From Chloroflexota bacterium (GTDB lineage: Bacteria; Chloroflexota; UBA11872; VXOZ01): 64,000 nucleotides of DNA. The translations under genes were made by a program, and so were the position numbers. How positions within the stretch are numbered: position 1 is the stretch's first letter; each line of letters opens with the position of its first letter. This document shows positions 47,752-57,731 of the stretch, one piece after another. Under the pieces are notes generated by a model. It was not told the DNA's origin. It ran no database searches and saw only the letters and a list, made by a program, of their open reading frames with translations. The DNA is taken from assembly GCA_964291655.2 (NCBI GenBank), contig OZ219802.1, forward strand, positions 288,001 to 352,000, read 5' to 3'.

Positions 47752-48954
47752 TCACACAGATGACGGCGAGACTGAAGTCTCTTCTGCCGCAGCGTGAGCG
47801 AAGTCGCCGGCGGCTTCAGACGAGTTTCGACCTTGGAGAGCATCCTCAACTTCCGCTCGCACCACAGGTGGAAGCAACTGCTCCAAGGCATGGCCCAAAG
47901 CCTCGCTTGCAGCCACCTCACTGAAGCAGCCTAGCGCCCAAGCCGCGTGCTCCCGCAGCATGTTGGGCTCACTTTCGTCCATGAGAATACGACGAAGCGC
48001 GGGAATTGCCACCGGGTCGCCCGCATTGCCCAACGCAACGATGGCATTTCGCCTCAATCCCAGACGCTTCGTGCGCATGAGCGGCGTGCCCTGAAAGCGA
48101 TCCTTGAACTCCTCATCTGTGATCTCTAGCAGAGGAAGCAGGGGCATGGTGGGCCCGACGCCGGGCCGCGGAAGGAAGTCGTCATCGGCATCGGCAGTCG
48201 GGTAGCGATTGACCGGGCACACATCCTGACAGATGTCACAGCCAAAGACACGTGTACCCATAAGTGATCGGAGTTCGCGAGGTATGCCGCCGCGATTCTC
48301 GATGGTGAGATAGGAAATACAGCGGCGCGAATCAACCTGGTAGGGAGCCACGATTGCGCCGGTGGGACAGGCGTCAATGCACCGGGTACAGCTCCCGCAA
48401 TTCTTCTTTAGAGGCTTTGTGTATTCCAATTGCAGATCGGTAATCACTTCGGCGAGAAAGACCCATGTACCTTGCTCCTCCGTCAAGATCATGGTGCTCT
48501 TGCCGTACCAGCCAACACCGGCGCGAAATGCTGCGGCGCGATCGAGGATAGGTCCTGTGTCTGCGAAGAAGCGTGCAGAGGCGTGTTTCGATTCCAAAAA
48601 TGACACCAGCTTCTTCAGCTTTTTCCGAAGCACGTTGTGGTAGTCCCTGCCCCACGCGTAGCGTGACACGACGCCGCTGGGACCGCGAGCGCGCGGCGAA
48701 TCTGTCCGCTGCTCGCCAACGTAATAGGGAAGAGCAAGCGAGATGATTGACCGGGCATTCGAGAGCAGCCAATCAGGCCGTGTGCCGCGCTCGACTCGTT
48801 CCGAGGTATACCAAGCCATACCATCGAGATAGCCGGCCTTCAGACGGGCTCGGGCGGCAGCACGGGTCTCGGTAAATGGATGCGCGGGCGCGATGCCCAC
48901 CGGGCGGAAGCCGAGTGCGGCCGCACGCTGCTTGATTTCTTCGGTAATGGTCAT
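47752..48954 (-). CDS. queG: Epoxyqueuosine reductase
   Basis: SRYAWG.DYH, DTGP, CGSCTRCIDACPT, CISY.TIE, FGCDICQ.VCP, HEAT-repeat tail; start 48954 or 48987. Confidence 0.93.
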   Translation of the reverse strand: MTITEEIKQRAAALGFRPVGIAPAHPFTETRAAARARLKAGYLDGMAWYTSERVERGTRPDWLLSNARSIISLALPYYVGEQRTDSPRARGPSGVVSRYAWGRDYHNVLRKKLKKLVSFLESKHASARFFADTGPILDRAAAFRAGVGWYGKSTMILTEEQGTWVFLAEVITDLQLEYTKPLKKNCGSCTRCIDACPTGAIVAPYQVDSRRCISYLTIENRGGIPRELRSLMGTRVFGCDICQDVCPVNRYPTADADDDFLPRPGVGPTMPLLPLLEITDEEFKDRFQGTPLMRTKRLGLRRNAIVALGNAGDPVAIPALRRILMDESEPNMLREHAAWALGCFSEVAASEALGHALEQLLPPVVRAEVEDALQGRNSSEAAGDFAHAAAEETSVSPSSV

Positions 48955-49384
48955 GATTGCGCCAGTGAACCTTCGTTCTGCCATCACATCTTGATTGCAT
49001 TGAGAGACTCGTGTAATGCCGCTTACCCTTAGTGTAGCTCAGACGCAAAGGGAACTTCCGTGTAACCTTAGATGTCCCTCCGGCGCGGGTCGTGCGCAGC
49101 CATTGCAGCCTGAATCCCACAATTCCCGCAAGCGCACGTATGCCTCATCGCTCCCGACTATGTGTACGCGTTGCGCGACCAGCTTCTCTTCTCTCATTCC
49201 AACCGCAACAGGCGAGTTGAGCTGACACTGGCACTAAGCCGAGGTCCATTGGACTGCAAGGCGCAGCCTGGCTCACTCCCCGAGAATTTTCGGCAAATCT
49301 TGGGAGCCGCTCCGTGGTTAGGATTGCCAAGAATCCCGACACAAAAACATTGCTATTGCTTTCCACAAAAACTGCCGGATCGTC

Positions 49385-49414
49385 TTGACCCCCACTATTG
49401 GCTGCGGCTATAAT
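49385..49414 (+). promoter_or_regulatory. Sigma70-type promoter of the dcw operon
   Basis: TTGACC-18 nt-TATAAT. Confidence 0.75.
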
Positions 49415-49420
49415 TGCGCT

Positions 49421-49480
49421 TGTGGATAGAAGTGGGGATAAGTGGGGGGAAGTGTGGATAAGTCCCCCTAAGTGGGCAGG
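49421..49480 (+). promoter_or_regulatory. MraZ-binding direct repeats (10-bp period)
   Basis: TGTGGATAGA AGTGGGGATA AGTGGGGGGA AGTGTGGATA AGTCCCCCTA AGTGGGCAGG immediately upstream of mraZ. Confidence 0.8.
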
Positions 49481-49917
49481 TGACCTTGTTCCTTGGCGAG
49501 TTTCAACACACCGTGGATCAAAAGGGACGTCTCGCTATCCCGGCAAAGTTTCGTGAAGAGCTTGCGGACGGCGCCGTGGTCACGCGTGGCCTTGATAAGT
49601 GCTTAGTCATCTACCCGCGCATTGAGTGGGAAACACTTGCAGAAAAAGTCAGCCGGCTACCGCAAACCCAACCAAATGTGCGAACCCTGAGCCGTCTGCT
49701 CTTTTCAGGTGCTGTAGACCTCTCACTGGACGGTCAAGGCCGGACAATTCTTCCACAATACCTGCGCGAATATGCCGGAATCACAGCGAATGTGGCGGTT
49801 ATCGGATTATACCAGCGCATTGAAGTCTGGTGTCTTGAGGATTGGAACGCGGTCAAGACCACAACTGAAGCTGCAGGCGGCAGTCTCGCAGAACAGCTGG
49901 CTGATCTTGGCATTTAA
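49480..49917 (+). CDS. mraZ: Transcriptional regulator MraZ
   Basis: FLGEF.HTVD.KGRL.IP, D.QGR; start GTG 49480 or TTG 49486. Confidence 0.95.
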   Translation: MTLFLGEFQHTVDQKGRLAIPAKFREELADGAVVTRGLDKCLVIYPRIEWETLAEKVSRLPQTQPNVRTLSRLLFSGAVDLSLDGQGRTILPQYLREYAGITANVAVIGLYQRIEVWCLEDWNAVKTTTEAAGGSLAEQLADLGI

Positions 49918-50002
49918 CTCAATGGGAATGCTTCACGCATTTTGCGACTAAATCCAGGTTAATTGGACTTGACTTTGGACTTGAATCGTCAGGAACTGCC
50001 CC

Positions 50003-50944
50003 ATGGCCGCACAGACCGTTGCAATGCATGTGCCCGTCCTGCTACCCCAAGTATTGGAGGGTCTACGGGCGAGCAACGGTGGACGATTCATCGATTGCAC
50101 CGTTAACGGAGGCGGCCACGCCGCAGGGATACTATCTGAAAGCACTCCCGGTGGTCTCTTGCTGGGGTTGGACGTCGACCGCCAAGCACTAGTTCGCTGC
50201 ACGGCACGACTGCAGGGCTTCGGCAAACGGGCATTGCTTAAGCAGTGCAACTTCGCCCATTTGCTTGCCGAGGCAGAACACAGCGGATTCTGCAAGGCGA
50301 ACGGCATTCTCTTCGATCTCGGCATGTCGTCCCTGCAAATCGCAAATCCCGAACGCGGGTTTTCTTGGCAACAAGAAGGTCCCTTAGACATGCGCATGGA
50401 CCCGACGCAAGGTCTCACCGCAGCCACAATAGTCAATACGTGGGATCAAGAGGCCCTGGGAAACCTGATCTGGGAGTTCGGCGAAGAGCGACATGCGCGG
50501 CGCATCGCGCGGCGCATCGTCGCCCAACGACGCGATCGTCCACTGACCGTGGTCAGCGACCTGGCAAGAATCGTGCAGGCTGCCTATGGGGGCGGAAGAC
50601 ACCGCATTCACCCAGCCACAAGGACATTCCAGGCCCTGCGCATTGCCGTAAACGGTGAATTGGATCACCTGCAGAGCGCTTTGGAGCAGGCCCGTGATCT
50701 CCTCGTTTGCGGTGGTCGCCTGGTTGTCATTGCTTTTCACAGCCTGGAGGACCGCATTGTGAAGGGGTTCCTGCAGCGCGCAGCGGGGCAGTGCATCTGT
50801 CCTGGAAACATTCCACAGTGTGTTTGCGGTCCGCGCGTTACGCTTCGCGTGCTGACACGGAAGCCCGTACGGGCTGACGAGGCGGAAATCGCGAATAATC
50901 CACGCAGTCGCAGTGCGCGCCTTCGCATCGCTGAACGTGTTTGA
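50003..50944 (+). CDS. rsmH: 16S rRNA m4C1402 methyltransferase
   Basis: HVPVL, D.T..GGH, DLG.SS.Q, PLDMRM, FQALRI.VN.E, FHSLEDR, NPRSRSA. Confidence 0.96.
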   Translation: MAAQTVAMHVPVLLPQVLEGLRASNGGRFIDCTVNGGGHAAGILSESTPGGLLLGLDVDRQALVRCTARLQGFGKRALLKQCNFAHLLAEAEHSGFCKANGILFDLGMSSLQIANPERGFSWQQEGPLDMRMDPTQGLTAATIVNTWDQEALGNLIWEFGEERHARRIARRIVAQRRDRPLTVVSDLARIVQAAYGGGRHRIHPATRTFQALRIAVNGELDHLQSALEQARDLLVCGGRLVVIAFHSLEDRIVKGFLQRAAGQCICPGNIPQCVCGPRVTLRVLTRKPVRADEAEIANNPRSRSARLRIAERV

Positions 50945-50961
50945 CTGCTTAGGAGCGGCAG

Positions 50962-51435
50962 ATGGCACAACAAGACGCAATTCTACCTCGACCGAACGCA
51001 CGTGCGGACAGTCCTGAGCGCAAGCCGTGGTATTACGAACTTAGCCCGTTAGTAGCAGTGGACATGGGCATTCTCGTGCTGTTTCTTGTCGGATTGCTCT
51101 ATCTGATGCCCACGGGTCAAGTCGCTGACGCCGGCTTTCGGATTCAGGCATTGGAACGCACCATTGAGCAAGTCGAACGGGAAAACCAGCTATTGAGGAC
51201 TCAGATTGCCCAAGCCAGCGATCTGCGCACCATAGAATCTATCGCCAGAGGGCGGCTCGGCATGGTGCCGGCAAGCCGGGTGCATTTTGTGCAGGTGCCT
51301 GAACGAGCAAAGCAGCTGGTGCTGACTCAAGATGCGGAAGCAAGTGAGAAGAACTGGCCGTTCAGCACCCGATGGGACCTTGTTCGCGAGCAATTCAACG
51401 CGCTCTTCGGCGAGGAGTCTCTCAATGCCTGGTGA
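50962..51435 (+). CDS. ftsL: FtsL-like cell division protein
   Basis: One TM, a coiled coil and IE.IA...LGM; lies between rsmH and the PBP gene. Confidence 0.75.
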   Translation: MAQQDAILPRPNARADSPERKPWYYELSPLVAVDMGILVLFLVGLLYLMPTGQVADAGFRIQALERTIEQVERENQLLRTQIAQASDLRTIESIARGRLGMVPASRVHFVQVPERAKQLVLTQDAEASEKNWPFSTRWDLVREQFNALFGEESLNAW

Positions 51436-53182
51436 ACCCATCAGTGCCGCACGTATTCGCATAATCCAGGTATTCTCGCTGATGGGGGCGTTCGTCATTG
51501 CTGGCGCGCTGATCTGGTTGCATGTCCTGGAAAGCGAAAGCCTGGCATCCCTCGCGCAGGAACAGTACCAACGTGATACCCAGATCGTGCCCCAGCGGGG
51601 CAGCATTCTTGACGCAAATCGCACACTACTGGCAACTGCAGAATACCTAAACGACGTGGAAGTAGCACCCAATGTCGTGCAGGGCAGTGGCATTTCGGCG
51701 AATGAAATTGCCAGTGAGTTGACGGTACTCCTCGGCATGCCTCAAGAGCAAATTGCCGCCCTAATTGATCAGCCTGACAAGCGATACGCTCTCTTGGCAA
51801 GGGGCGTAGCTCCGGACACAAGCGAACGCATCGAGCAACTTGTGCGATCCGGCGAAGTACCCGGAATCACACTTAGCGCCGTGCCTTATCGCACGTATCC
51901 GCTCGGCATGCTTGCCGCCCACGTAGTGGGCTTTTACAGCCAGAGCGGCAGCGGGCAATACGGAGTTGAAGGATTCTACGAGGACTTGCTGCAAGGAGCT
52001 CCGGGACGGCGGTTGAGCTCCAGCGCGCCATTCGGCGGTGAGGCAGGAGAGGCAACTTGGGTGCTGCAGCCCGCCGAACCCGGTGCAGATCTGGTCCTTA
52101 CGCTGGACGGCGCAGTGCAGCACATTGTAGAGAGAGAACTCGAAGCCGCATTAGAACGCTACGGCGCGTCGGCCGGCACGATTATTGTCATGGAACCGTA
52201 TACCGGGGCCATTATTGCCATGGCGAGCCGCCCAACGTACGACTCCAACAAGTATCAGGAGTTTCACAGCCCGAATGAAGATGCGTACGCCAACCCCGCC
52301 ATCAGCCTGTTGTATGAACCGGGCTCTACGTTCAAAGTCTTTACACTGGCCGGAGCTCTAGACGCCGGCATAATCACGCCTGAAGTCAAGTTCAACGATG
52401 TCGGAAGTATGGAGTACTGGGGCGTGGAGATAAAGAACTGGGATGAAAAGGGTCATGGCGAAAGCAATATGACCGATCTCATTGCTCGCTCTAGCAACGT
52501 TGGCGCCGTGTGGGTAGGAGACCAGTTGGGTAAAGACCTCTTTTACGAGTACGTCACCGCCTTTGGCTTTGGTGCGCCGACAGGCGTAGATCTTTGGGGC
52601 GAGGTGAATGGTCTTGTTCCTGATCCGAATTCGCGATACTGGTATCCGTCTAGTCTTGCAACCAACGCTTTCGGCCAAGGCATTGCCGTAACGCCGCTCC
52701 AACTCATCACCGCCGTATCGGCCCTCATCAATGACGGCGTACTCATGCAGCCCTATGTCGTACAGGAAGTCCACACGGAAGCGGGTGTGCAACGCATCGA
52801 GCCCAGAGCGGTGCGCCGCGTCGTGCGTAGGGACTCTGCCCGCACCCTCGTTTCGATGCTTGTGGAAGCAAGCCAGCGCTCAGAGAGCAAGATGCACATC
52901 GTTGATGGGTACGATGTTGCCGGAAAGACCGGCACAGCTTCTATTCCTCTAGAGACCGGTGGCTATCACGCAGAGTTGACCATCGCTTCATACGTAGGAT
53001 TTGGCCCTGTAGAGAGTCCCAGATTCGCGATCTTAGTCAAGATAGATCACCCGACCGTAGAGCCCTGGGGATCACTGGTCGCCGCGCCGGTGTTTCGCGA
53101 AGTTGCTTCCGAATTGTTCCGCTATTACCACATTCCGCCGTCAACTCCCCAGCAAACCCTTGTGCAGGAAGGTTCAAGCTGA
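51425..53182 (+). CDS. ftsI: Class B penicillin-binding protein (division transpeptidase)
   Basis: RGSI.D, EPGSTFK (SxxK), SSN, GKTGTA, all intact. Confidence 0.9.
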   Translation: MPGEPISAARIRIIQVFSLMGAFVIAGALIWLHVLESESLASLAQEQYQRDTQIVPQRGSILDANRTLLATAEYLNDVEVAPNVVQGSGISANEIASELTVLLGMPQEQIAALIDQPDKRYALLARGVAPDTSERIEQLVRSGEVPGITLSAVPYRTYPLGMLAAHVVGFYSQSGSGQYGVEGFYEDLLQGAPGRRLSSSAPFGGEAGEATWVLQPAEPGADLVLTLDGAVQHIVERELEAALERYGASAGTIIVMEPYTGAIIAMASRPTYDSNKYQEFHSPNEDAYANPAISLLYEPGSTFKVFTLAGALDAGIITPEVKFNDVGSMEYWGVEIKNWDEKGHGESNMTDLIARSSNVGAVWVGDQLGKDLFYEYVTAFGFGAPTGVDLWGEVNGLVPDPNSRYWYPSSLATNAFGQGIAVTPLQLITAVSALINDGVLMQPYVVQEVHTEAGVQRIEPRAVRRVVRRDSARTLVSMLVEASQRSESKMHIVDGYDVAGKTGTASIPLETGGYHAELTIASYVGFGPVESPRFAILVKIDHPTVEPWGSLVAAPVFREVASELFRYYHIPPSTPQQTLVQEGSS

Positions 53183-53187
53183 CAGCA

Positions 53188-54417
53188 ATGCTGCGAATTC
53201 TACCCAGGACTATTCCTGCGATCAGGGATGACGATGAACAACACGCGCGCTGGCCGGACGTTCCGCTGACCGTATTAATGCTGGCATTGCCTCTCATTGG
53301 TTTGATTGCCATCTATAGTGCCAGTATTGCCGTTGCCTATGCAGAGACTGGTGATCCACACTTCTACTTTCGTCGCCAGCTCTTGTTCCTCGTCGTGGGC
53401 TTTGCGGCAGCATTCACCATGATGCGGATTGACTATCATTGGTTTGGCCGCATTCAATTTCTCGGAATCAACCTTTCCTTCTGGCTCCTGGCAGCCGCAG
53501 TCGCAGTACTGGTGCTAATGGCGGTGACAGACATTGGCCACTTGTCTCGGGGGTCCGTACGCTGGATCCGATGGGGCCCGTTGAGCTTGCAACCCAGCGA
53601 ATTAGCAAAGCCCGTAATTGCTCTCTATCTCGCCCAGGTCCTTGCGAGGCGCGATAAGGGAGCCAACAGGCTCGTGTATTTTCTGGCACCCACTCTGCTG
53701 GTGGGGCTGATTGCCGCAATCATCGCTCAGCAACCGGACCTCGGCACTGCAATTATGATTTTGCTCATCGGCATGTCGATTCTCGTTGCGGCTCGCATTC
53801 CGCTTCTCTATCTTGCCGGCTTTATTGTCGCCGGATCGTTCGCCGCTTGGTACGCTATTGTGCTGCATCCCTATCGGCTGCAACGGCTCACTGCGTACCT
53901 TGACCCCTTCAACCCCCAATATCAAGACAACGTTGCGCACCACAACGTCCAGGCCCTTTACGCCTTTGCATCGGGAAAGATAACCGGCGTTGGCCTTGGT
54001 CGGGGGATGCAGAAGTTCTTCTACATGCCCGAGCCCCACACCGACACAATCTTTGCCGTCATCGGCGAAGAGTTGGGCCTTATCGGGACACTGGCGGTGC
54101 TCTCTCTCTTTGTACTACTGGCTTGGCGAGGGTTTGGCGTTGCCGTCAGAGCGCCGGATTTGTTTGGACAGTTGCTTGCCCTAGGACTAACGTGCGGACT
54201 CTTCGGCCAGGCGATCCTCAACATGGCGGTCGTAACCGGCATGCTGCCTTTTACCGGCATTCCACTCCCTTTCGTCAGTGCCGGCGGTTCGTCGCTTCTC
54301 GCCAGCTCAATTGCAATGGGCATACTGCTCAATATTTCGACTCAAACAACGCAAGTTACTAGGAAAAAGAACCGTCAAACCTGGAATTCCAGGCCCGACG
54401 GTGGTCGCCAAGTGTAA
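53188..54417 (+). CDS. ftsW: SEDS peptidoglycan polymerase FtsW
   Basis: LQPSELAK, QPDLGT, PEPHTD.IF, LPF.GIPLPFVS.GGSS. Confidence 0.92.
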   Translation: MLRILPRTIPAIRDDDEQHARWPDVPLTVLMLALPLIGLIAIYSASIAVAYAETGDPHFYFRRQLLFLVVGFAAAFTMMRIDYHWFGRIQFLGINLSFWLLAAAVAVLVLMAVTDIGHLSRGSVRWIRWGPLSLQPSELAKPVIALYLAQVLARRDKGANRLVYFLAPTLLVGLIAAIIAQQPDLGTAIMILLIGMSILVAARIPLLYLAGFIVAGSFAAWYAIVLHPYRLQRLTAYLDPFNPQYQDNVAHHNVQALYAFASGKITGVGLGRGMQKFFYMPEPHTDTIFAVIGEELGLIGTLAVLSLFVLLAWRGFGVAVRAPDLFGQLLALGLTCGLFGQAILNMAVVTGMLPFTGIPLPFVSAGGSSLLASSIAMGILLNISTQTTQVTRKKNRQTWNSRPDGGRQV

Positions 54418-54427
54418 GGGTTACGGG

Positions 54428-55849
54428 GTGAATGCGCACGAGTTACAACAATTTCTGGGGACCCAACCTCGCAACGTCCATCTCATTGGGGTGGGCGGCG
54501 CCGCTATGTCTGGACTCGCGCGCATACTTACGATACAAGGACATCAGATCAGCGGTTCAGATGTGGCTGCCTCCGACAACCTCGACACACTGCGCGATTT
54601 GGGCGCTACTGTGCACCTTGGGCATGCGGCTGCCAATGTCGCCGGCTCGGATCTCACCGTGTTCAGCTCCGCAATTTTGCCCGACAACCCCGAGTTGGCT
54701 GCATCTGAGCAAGATGGTATACCTACGGTCAATCGTGCTGTGCTCCAAGGTGCGCTGTCACTTGAAAAGACCACAATCGCCGTCGCAGGTACCCACGGCA
54801 AGACAACGACAAGCACCATGATCACGCACGCGCTGCGCGCCAACAGGCAGGACCCTTCATACATGATTGGCGGTGACCCACAGAATTTCCCTCACAGCTC
54901 TCATTGGGGCACCGGATCGATCATGGTGATTGAGGCAGATGAGTTTGACCACGCCTTCCTCGAACTATTCCCAAATGTCGTCGTCATTACCGCGGTCGAA
55001 GCCGACCACCTCGATACATACGGTTCGTTAGAGAACCTGGAAAGCGCATTCCGAGACCTTGTACACAAGCTGCCCGCTGACGGCACGGTTGCAACACACG
55101 CGGACAGCGTCACCTGCCGCCGCGTTGCCGCGGTAGCTGACAGTCGGCTGAGAACCTGGTCCTTACGCGGTAGAGCCCAATGGGTCTGTACAGAGCTCAC
55201 GCCTCGCAAGGGCAACGGATATGAAGCGACGATTCAAAGTGTCACTGGGGAGCGTCTTAGCCTCTCGCTGCGCATACCAGGTGTCCACAACGTCCTGAAT
55301 GCCTTAGCCTGCGTGACGGCGCTCGATGCTGTGGGCGTTCCTGCAAGCTCGGTTGTATTGGCACTCAGCCACTTTCAAGGGGTCAGGCGGCGCTTTGAAG
55401 TGAGGGGACGAGAGAACGGGGTTACGTTGGTGGATGACTACGCCCACCATCCTACGGAAGTCCGGGCAACATTGCGCGCTGCAAGAGATTGGCACGAGGG
55501 CCGCATAGTTTGCGTCTTCCAACCGCACTTACGCAGTCGAACTGCCGATCTCTTTGACGAGTTCGCCGAGGCATTTCGCGGCGCTGACGAGCTCATACTT
55601 GCCGAAATCTATCAGCCGACCGGGCGAGAAGACCCGTTGCCTCTCTCGAGTGCAGACCTTGCAGAAGCTGTAACCAGACCAGGAAATGCGCGGTACGCGG
55701 CAACACTGAGAGACGCCCTCACCCAAGTGATGCGATTGATCGAATCTGGCGATCTCATAATCGTCATGGGAGCGGGAGATATTACTGAGCTGTGCGACCC
55801 GCTTCTCGAGCATTTGCAGAATCGCATGCCAATGGAATCACCGTCGTGA
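54428..55849 (+). CDS. murC: UDP-N-acetylmuramate-L-alanine ligase
   Basis: IGVGG..MSGLA, GTHGKTTT, EADE.D, DDYAHHPTE, FQPH, MGAGDI. Confidence 0.95.
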   Translation: MNAHELQQFLGTQPRNVHLIGVGGAAMSGLARILTIQGHQISGSDVAASDNLDTLRDLGATVHLGHAAANVAGSDLTVFSSAILPDNPELAASEQDGIPTVNRAVLQGALSLEKTTIAVAGTHGKTTTSTMITHALRANRQDPSYMIGGDPQNFPHSSHWGTGSIMVIEADEFDHAFLELFPNVVVITAVEADHLDTYGSLENLESAFRDLVHKLPADGTVATHADSVTCRRVAAVADSRLRTWSLRGRAQWVCTELTPRKGNGYEATIQSVTGERLSLSLRIPGVHNVLNALACVTALDAVGVPASSVVLALSHFQGVRRRFEVRGRENGVTLVDDYAHHPTEVRATLRAARDWHEGRIVCVFQPHLRSRTADLFDEFAEAFRGADELILAEIYQPTGREDPLPLSSADLAEAVTRPGNARYAATLRDALTQVMRLIESGDLIIVMGAGDITELCDPLLEHLQNRMPMESPS

Positions 55850-56820
55850 GCCCTACTTCAATGCAATGCAAACGTCCGCCCACTGAGGAACCGGCTGCAC
55901 AAGGATTGGCCGGTATTGCTGCCGTCGCCGTACGATCGCCGCTCAACTTGAAGCCGGCGTGGCACGAGCCTCTGGCAAGGCACACGTCGGTGCGCGTGGG
56001 CGGCCCGGCCGACCTCCTTATTCGTGTACGCTCCGAAGGGGCACTGCGCGCATTGGCGGCAGTGGCCTACAAGCAGTCTCTTCCATTTCGTGTGATTGGA
56101 GACGGGACGAATCTCATTGCCGCCGATGCCGGAATACGCGGGTTAGTGATCCGAAACCATGGCGGCAGTCGCAGTCAATGTGCTGACGGCGTTTCAATTT
56201 GGGCAGAAGCGGGATGCTCTCTTATCAGCACAGCACGTTGGGCAGCGAGCTTGGGGCTATCCGGGCTTGAAGGCGCGGCAACTATTCCCGGAACAGTGGG
56301 TGGAGCGGTAGTCAACAATGCCGGCGCGTATGGGTGGACAACAGCGGAATCGGTCACACGCATTAAGGTATTGGACCGCCATGGTGAACGCTGGATACCC
56401 GCCGACGAAATGCGGTATGGCTATCGAACCAGCATTATCAAAGAGTGTCCTGGACATGCCGTGGTGTTGGGAGCCGAAATGCGGTTGGCGCCGGGTGACG
56501 CAAGTCGAATTCTATCCACAATACAAGAGCGGTTGCAAACGCGGCAGCGCACTCAACCTACTGCTCCAAGCTCCGGTTCGGTCTTCCGTAATCCTGACGG
56601 GCTTAGCGCCTGGAAGCTCATTGACGAGGCAGGTATGCGCGGACGGGAGAGAGGGGGTGCGCACGTCTCCCCGTTGCACGCCAATTTCATCATCAACAGC
56701 GGCTCGGCAACCGCAGCAGAAGTTTTCGCCTTAATTCGAGAAATCGAAGAAGCGGTGAAGGCTCGCCTGCACATTACATTGCAGCGGGAAATCGAATTCT
56801 TCGGCGCTTGGGAGCAATAG
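55846..56820 (+). CDS. murB: UDP-N-acetylenolpyruvoylglucosamine reductase
   Basis: GGPA, IPGTVGGA..NAGAYG, YRTS, GSVFRNP, HANF; GTGA overlap with the murC stop. Confidence 0.93.
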   Translation: MSPTSMQCKRPPTEEPAAQGLAGIAAVAVRSPLNLKPAWHEPLARHTSVRVGGPADLLIRVRSEGALRALAAVAYKQSLPFRVIGDGTNLIAADAGIRGLVIRNHGGSRSQCADGVSIWAEAGCSLISTARWAASLGLSGLEGAATIPGTVGGAVVNNAGAYGWTTAESVTRIKVLDRHGERWIPADEMRYGYRTSIIKECPGHAVVLGAEMRLAPGDASRILSTIQERLQTRQRTQPTAPSSGSVFRNPDGLSAWKLIDEAGMRGRERGGAHVSPLHANFIINSGSATAAEVFALIREIEEAVKARLHITLQREIEFFGAWEQ

Positions 56821-56824
56821 ACCG

Positions 56825-57622
56825 ATGTCAGCACGAGTGCAGAAACTTGAGACACCCGGCAAGGTCAGCAATGTGGGAGGGCCCTTTCGCCTCATAGGTC
56901 GAGGGGTGCGCACATTCGGCCATCGCTGGTTCTCACTGATGATCCTGTGTTCCGTTTCGATCGCACTGTGGGGAGCTCTCACCGCACCGGAGTTTCACGT
57001 GTCTATAGTTGCAATTCGGCGCATCACACCACCAACGCTTGCCGGGGATAACTCACTCGTGAAGATTCAGTCTTTTACGGGGCTCGTGGGACAATCCATC
57101 TTCTTGCTCGATCCTCATCAGGTAACGAATCAGATTACCCAATTGCCTGCGGTGGCAGCCGCAAGGCTCTTTCTCGTACTACCGAGCCGAGCGATAGTCG
57201 AGATGGCAGAACGGCAACCGGAAGCGCGTTGGATTGCCAATGGCCATATCTTCCTGATTTCGCGAGAGGGAGTAATCATAGGGAGCGGCGATGCTCCGGA
57301 TCTCACGCTGACCTTCATCGACACCACCGGTGCGCCGCTCCATACCGGAGACCTTGTTGACGCCAGCGCCGTGGAGACGGCATTCCTCTTACAGGATCTC
57401 TTGTCGCGCTCCGGAATTAGCATCAATGCTTTCAGGTATTCAACTCGAGAGGGTCTGTCCGTCGAAGCAGCGGAGGGATGGATCGCACAATACGGCAGCG
57501 GAGATCGCATAGTTGAAAAAACTCAGGAACTACTGACAGTCCTCCAGGTTGCGCAAGATCAGCAAATCTTGCTAGACGTCATAGACCTGCAACCAAGCCG
57601 GAGTCCGACATTTCGAACATAA
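56825..57622 (+). CDS. ftsQ: FtsQ/DivIB cell division protein
   Basis: One TM, a POTRA-like region (LP.V..A...LP....ER.P.A.W) and C-terminal IDL; precedes ftsA. Confidence 0.8.
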   Translation: MSARVQKLETPGKVSNVGGPFRLIGRGVRTFGHRWFSLMILCSVSIALWGALTAPEFHVSIVAIRRITPPTLAGDNSLVKIQSFTGLVGQSIFLLDPHQVTNQITQLPAVAAARLFLVLPSRAIVEMAERQPEARWIANGHIFLISREGVIIGSGDAPDLTLTFIDTTGAPLHTGDLVDASAVETAFLLQDLLSRSGISINAFRYSTREGLSVEAAEGWIAQYGSGDRIVEKTQELLTVLQVAQDQQILLDVIDLQPSRSPTFRT

Positions 57623-57666
57623 CTGCAACAGTTGATAATGGTACTTGACAGCCACCGATTTGGGAA

Positions 57667-57695
57667 TTGCTGAATGGCAGAATCCCAGGTATAAT
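57667..57695 (+). promoter_or_regulatory. Internal sigma70-type promoter for ftsA-ftsZ
   Basis: TTGCTG-17 nt-TATAAT in the ftsQ-ftsA gap. Confidence 0.6.
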
Positions 57696-57731
57696 CTAAC
57701 CATTCTCTTCCCGCAAGGTAGGTAAAGGGAA

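Noticed and set aside
49421-49480. Short periodic repeats as a possible CRISPR or VNTR
   Set aside because: The 10-bp units have no spacers and no cas genes are present; position and sequence fit MraZ boxes.
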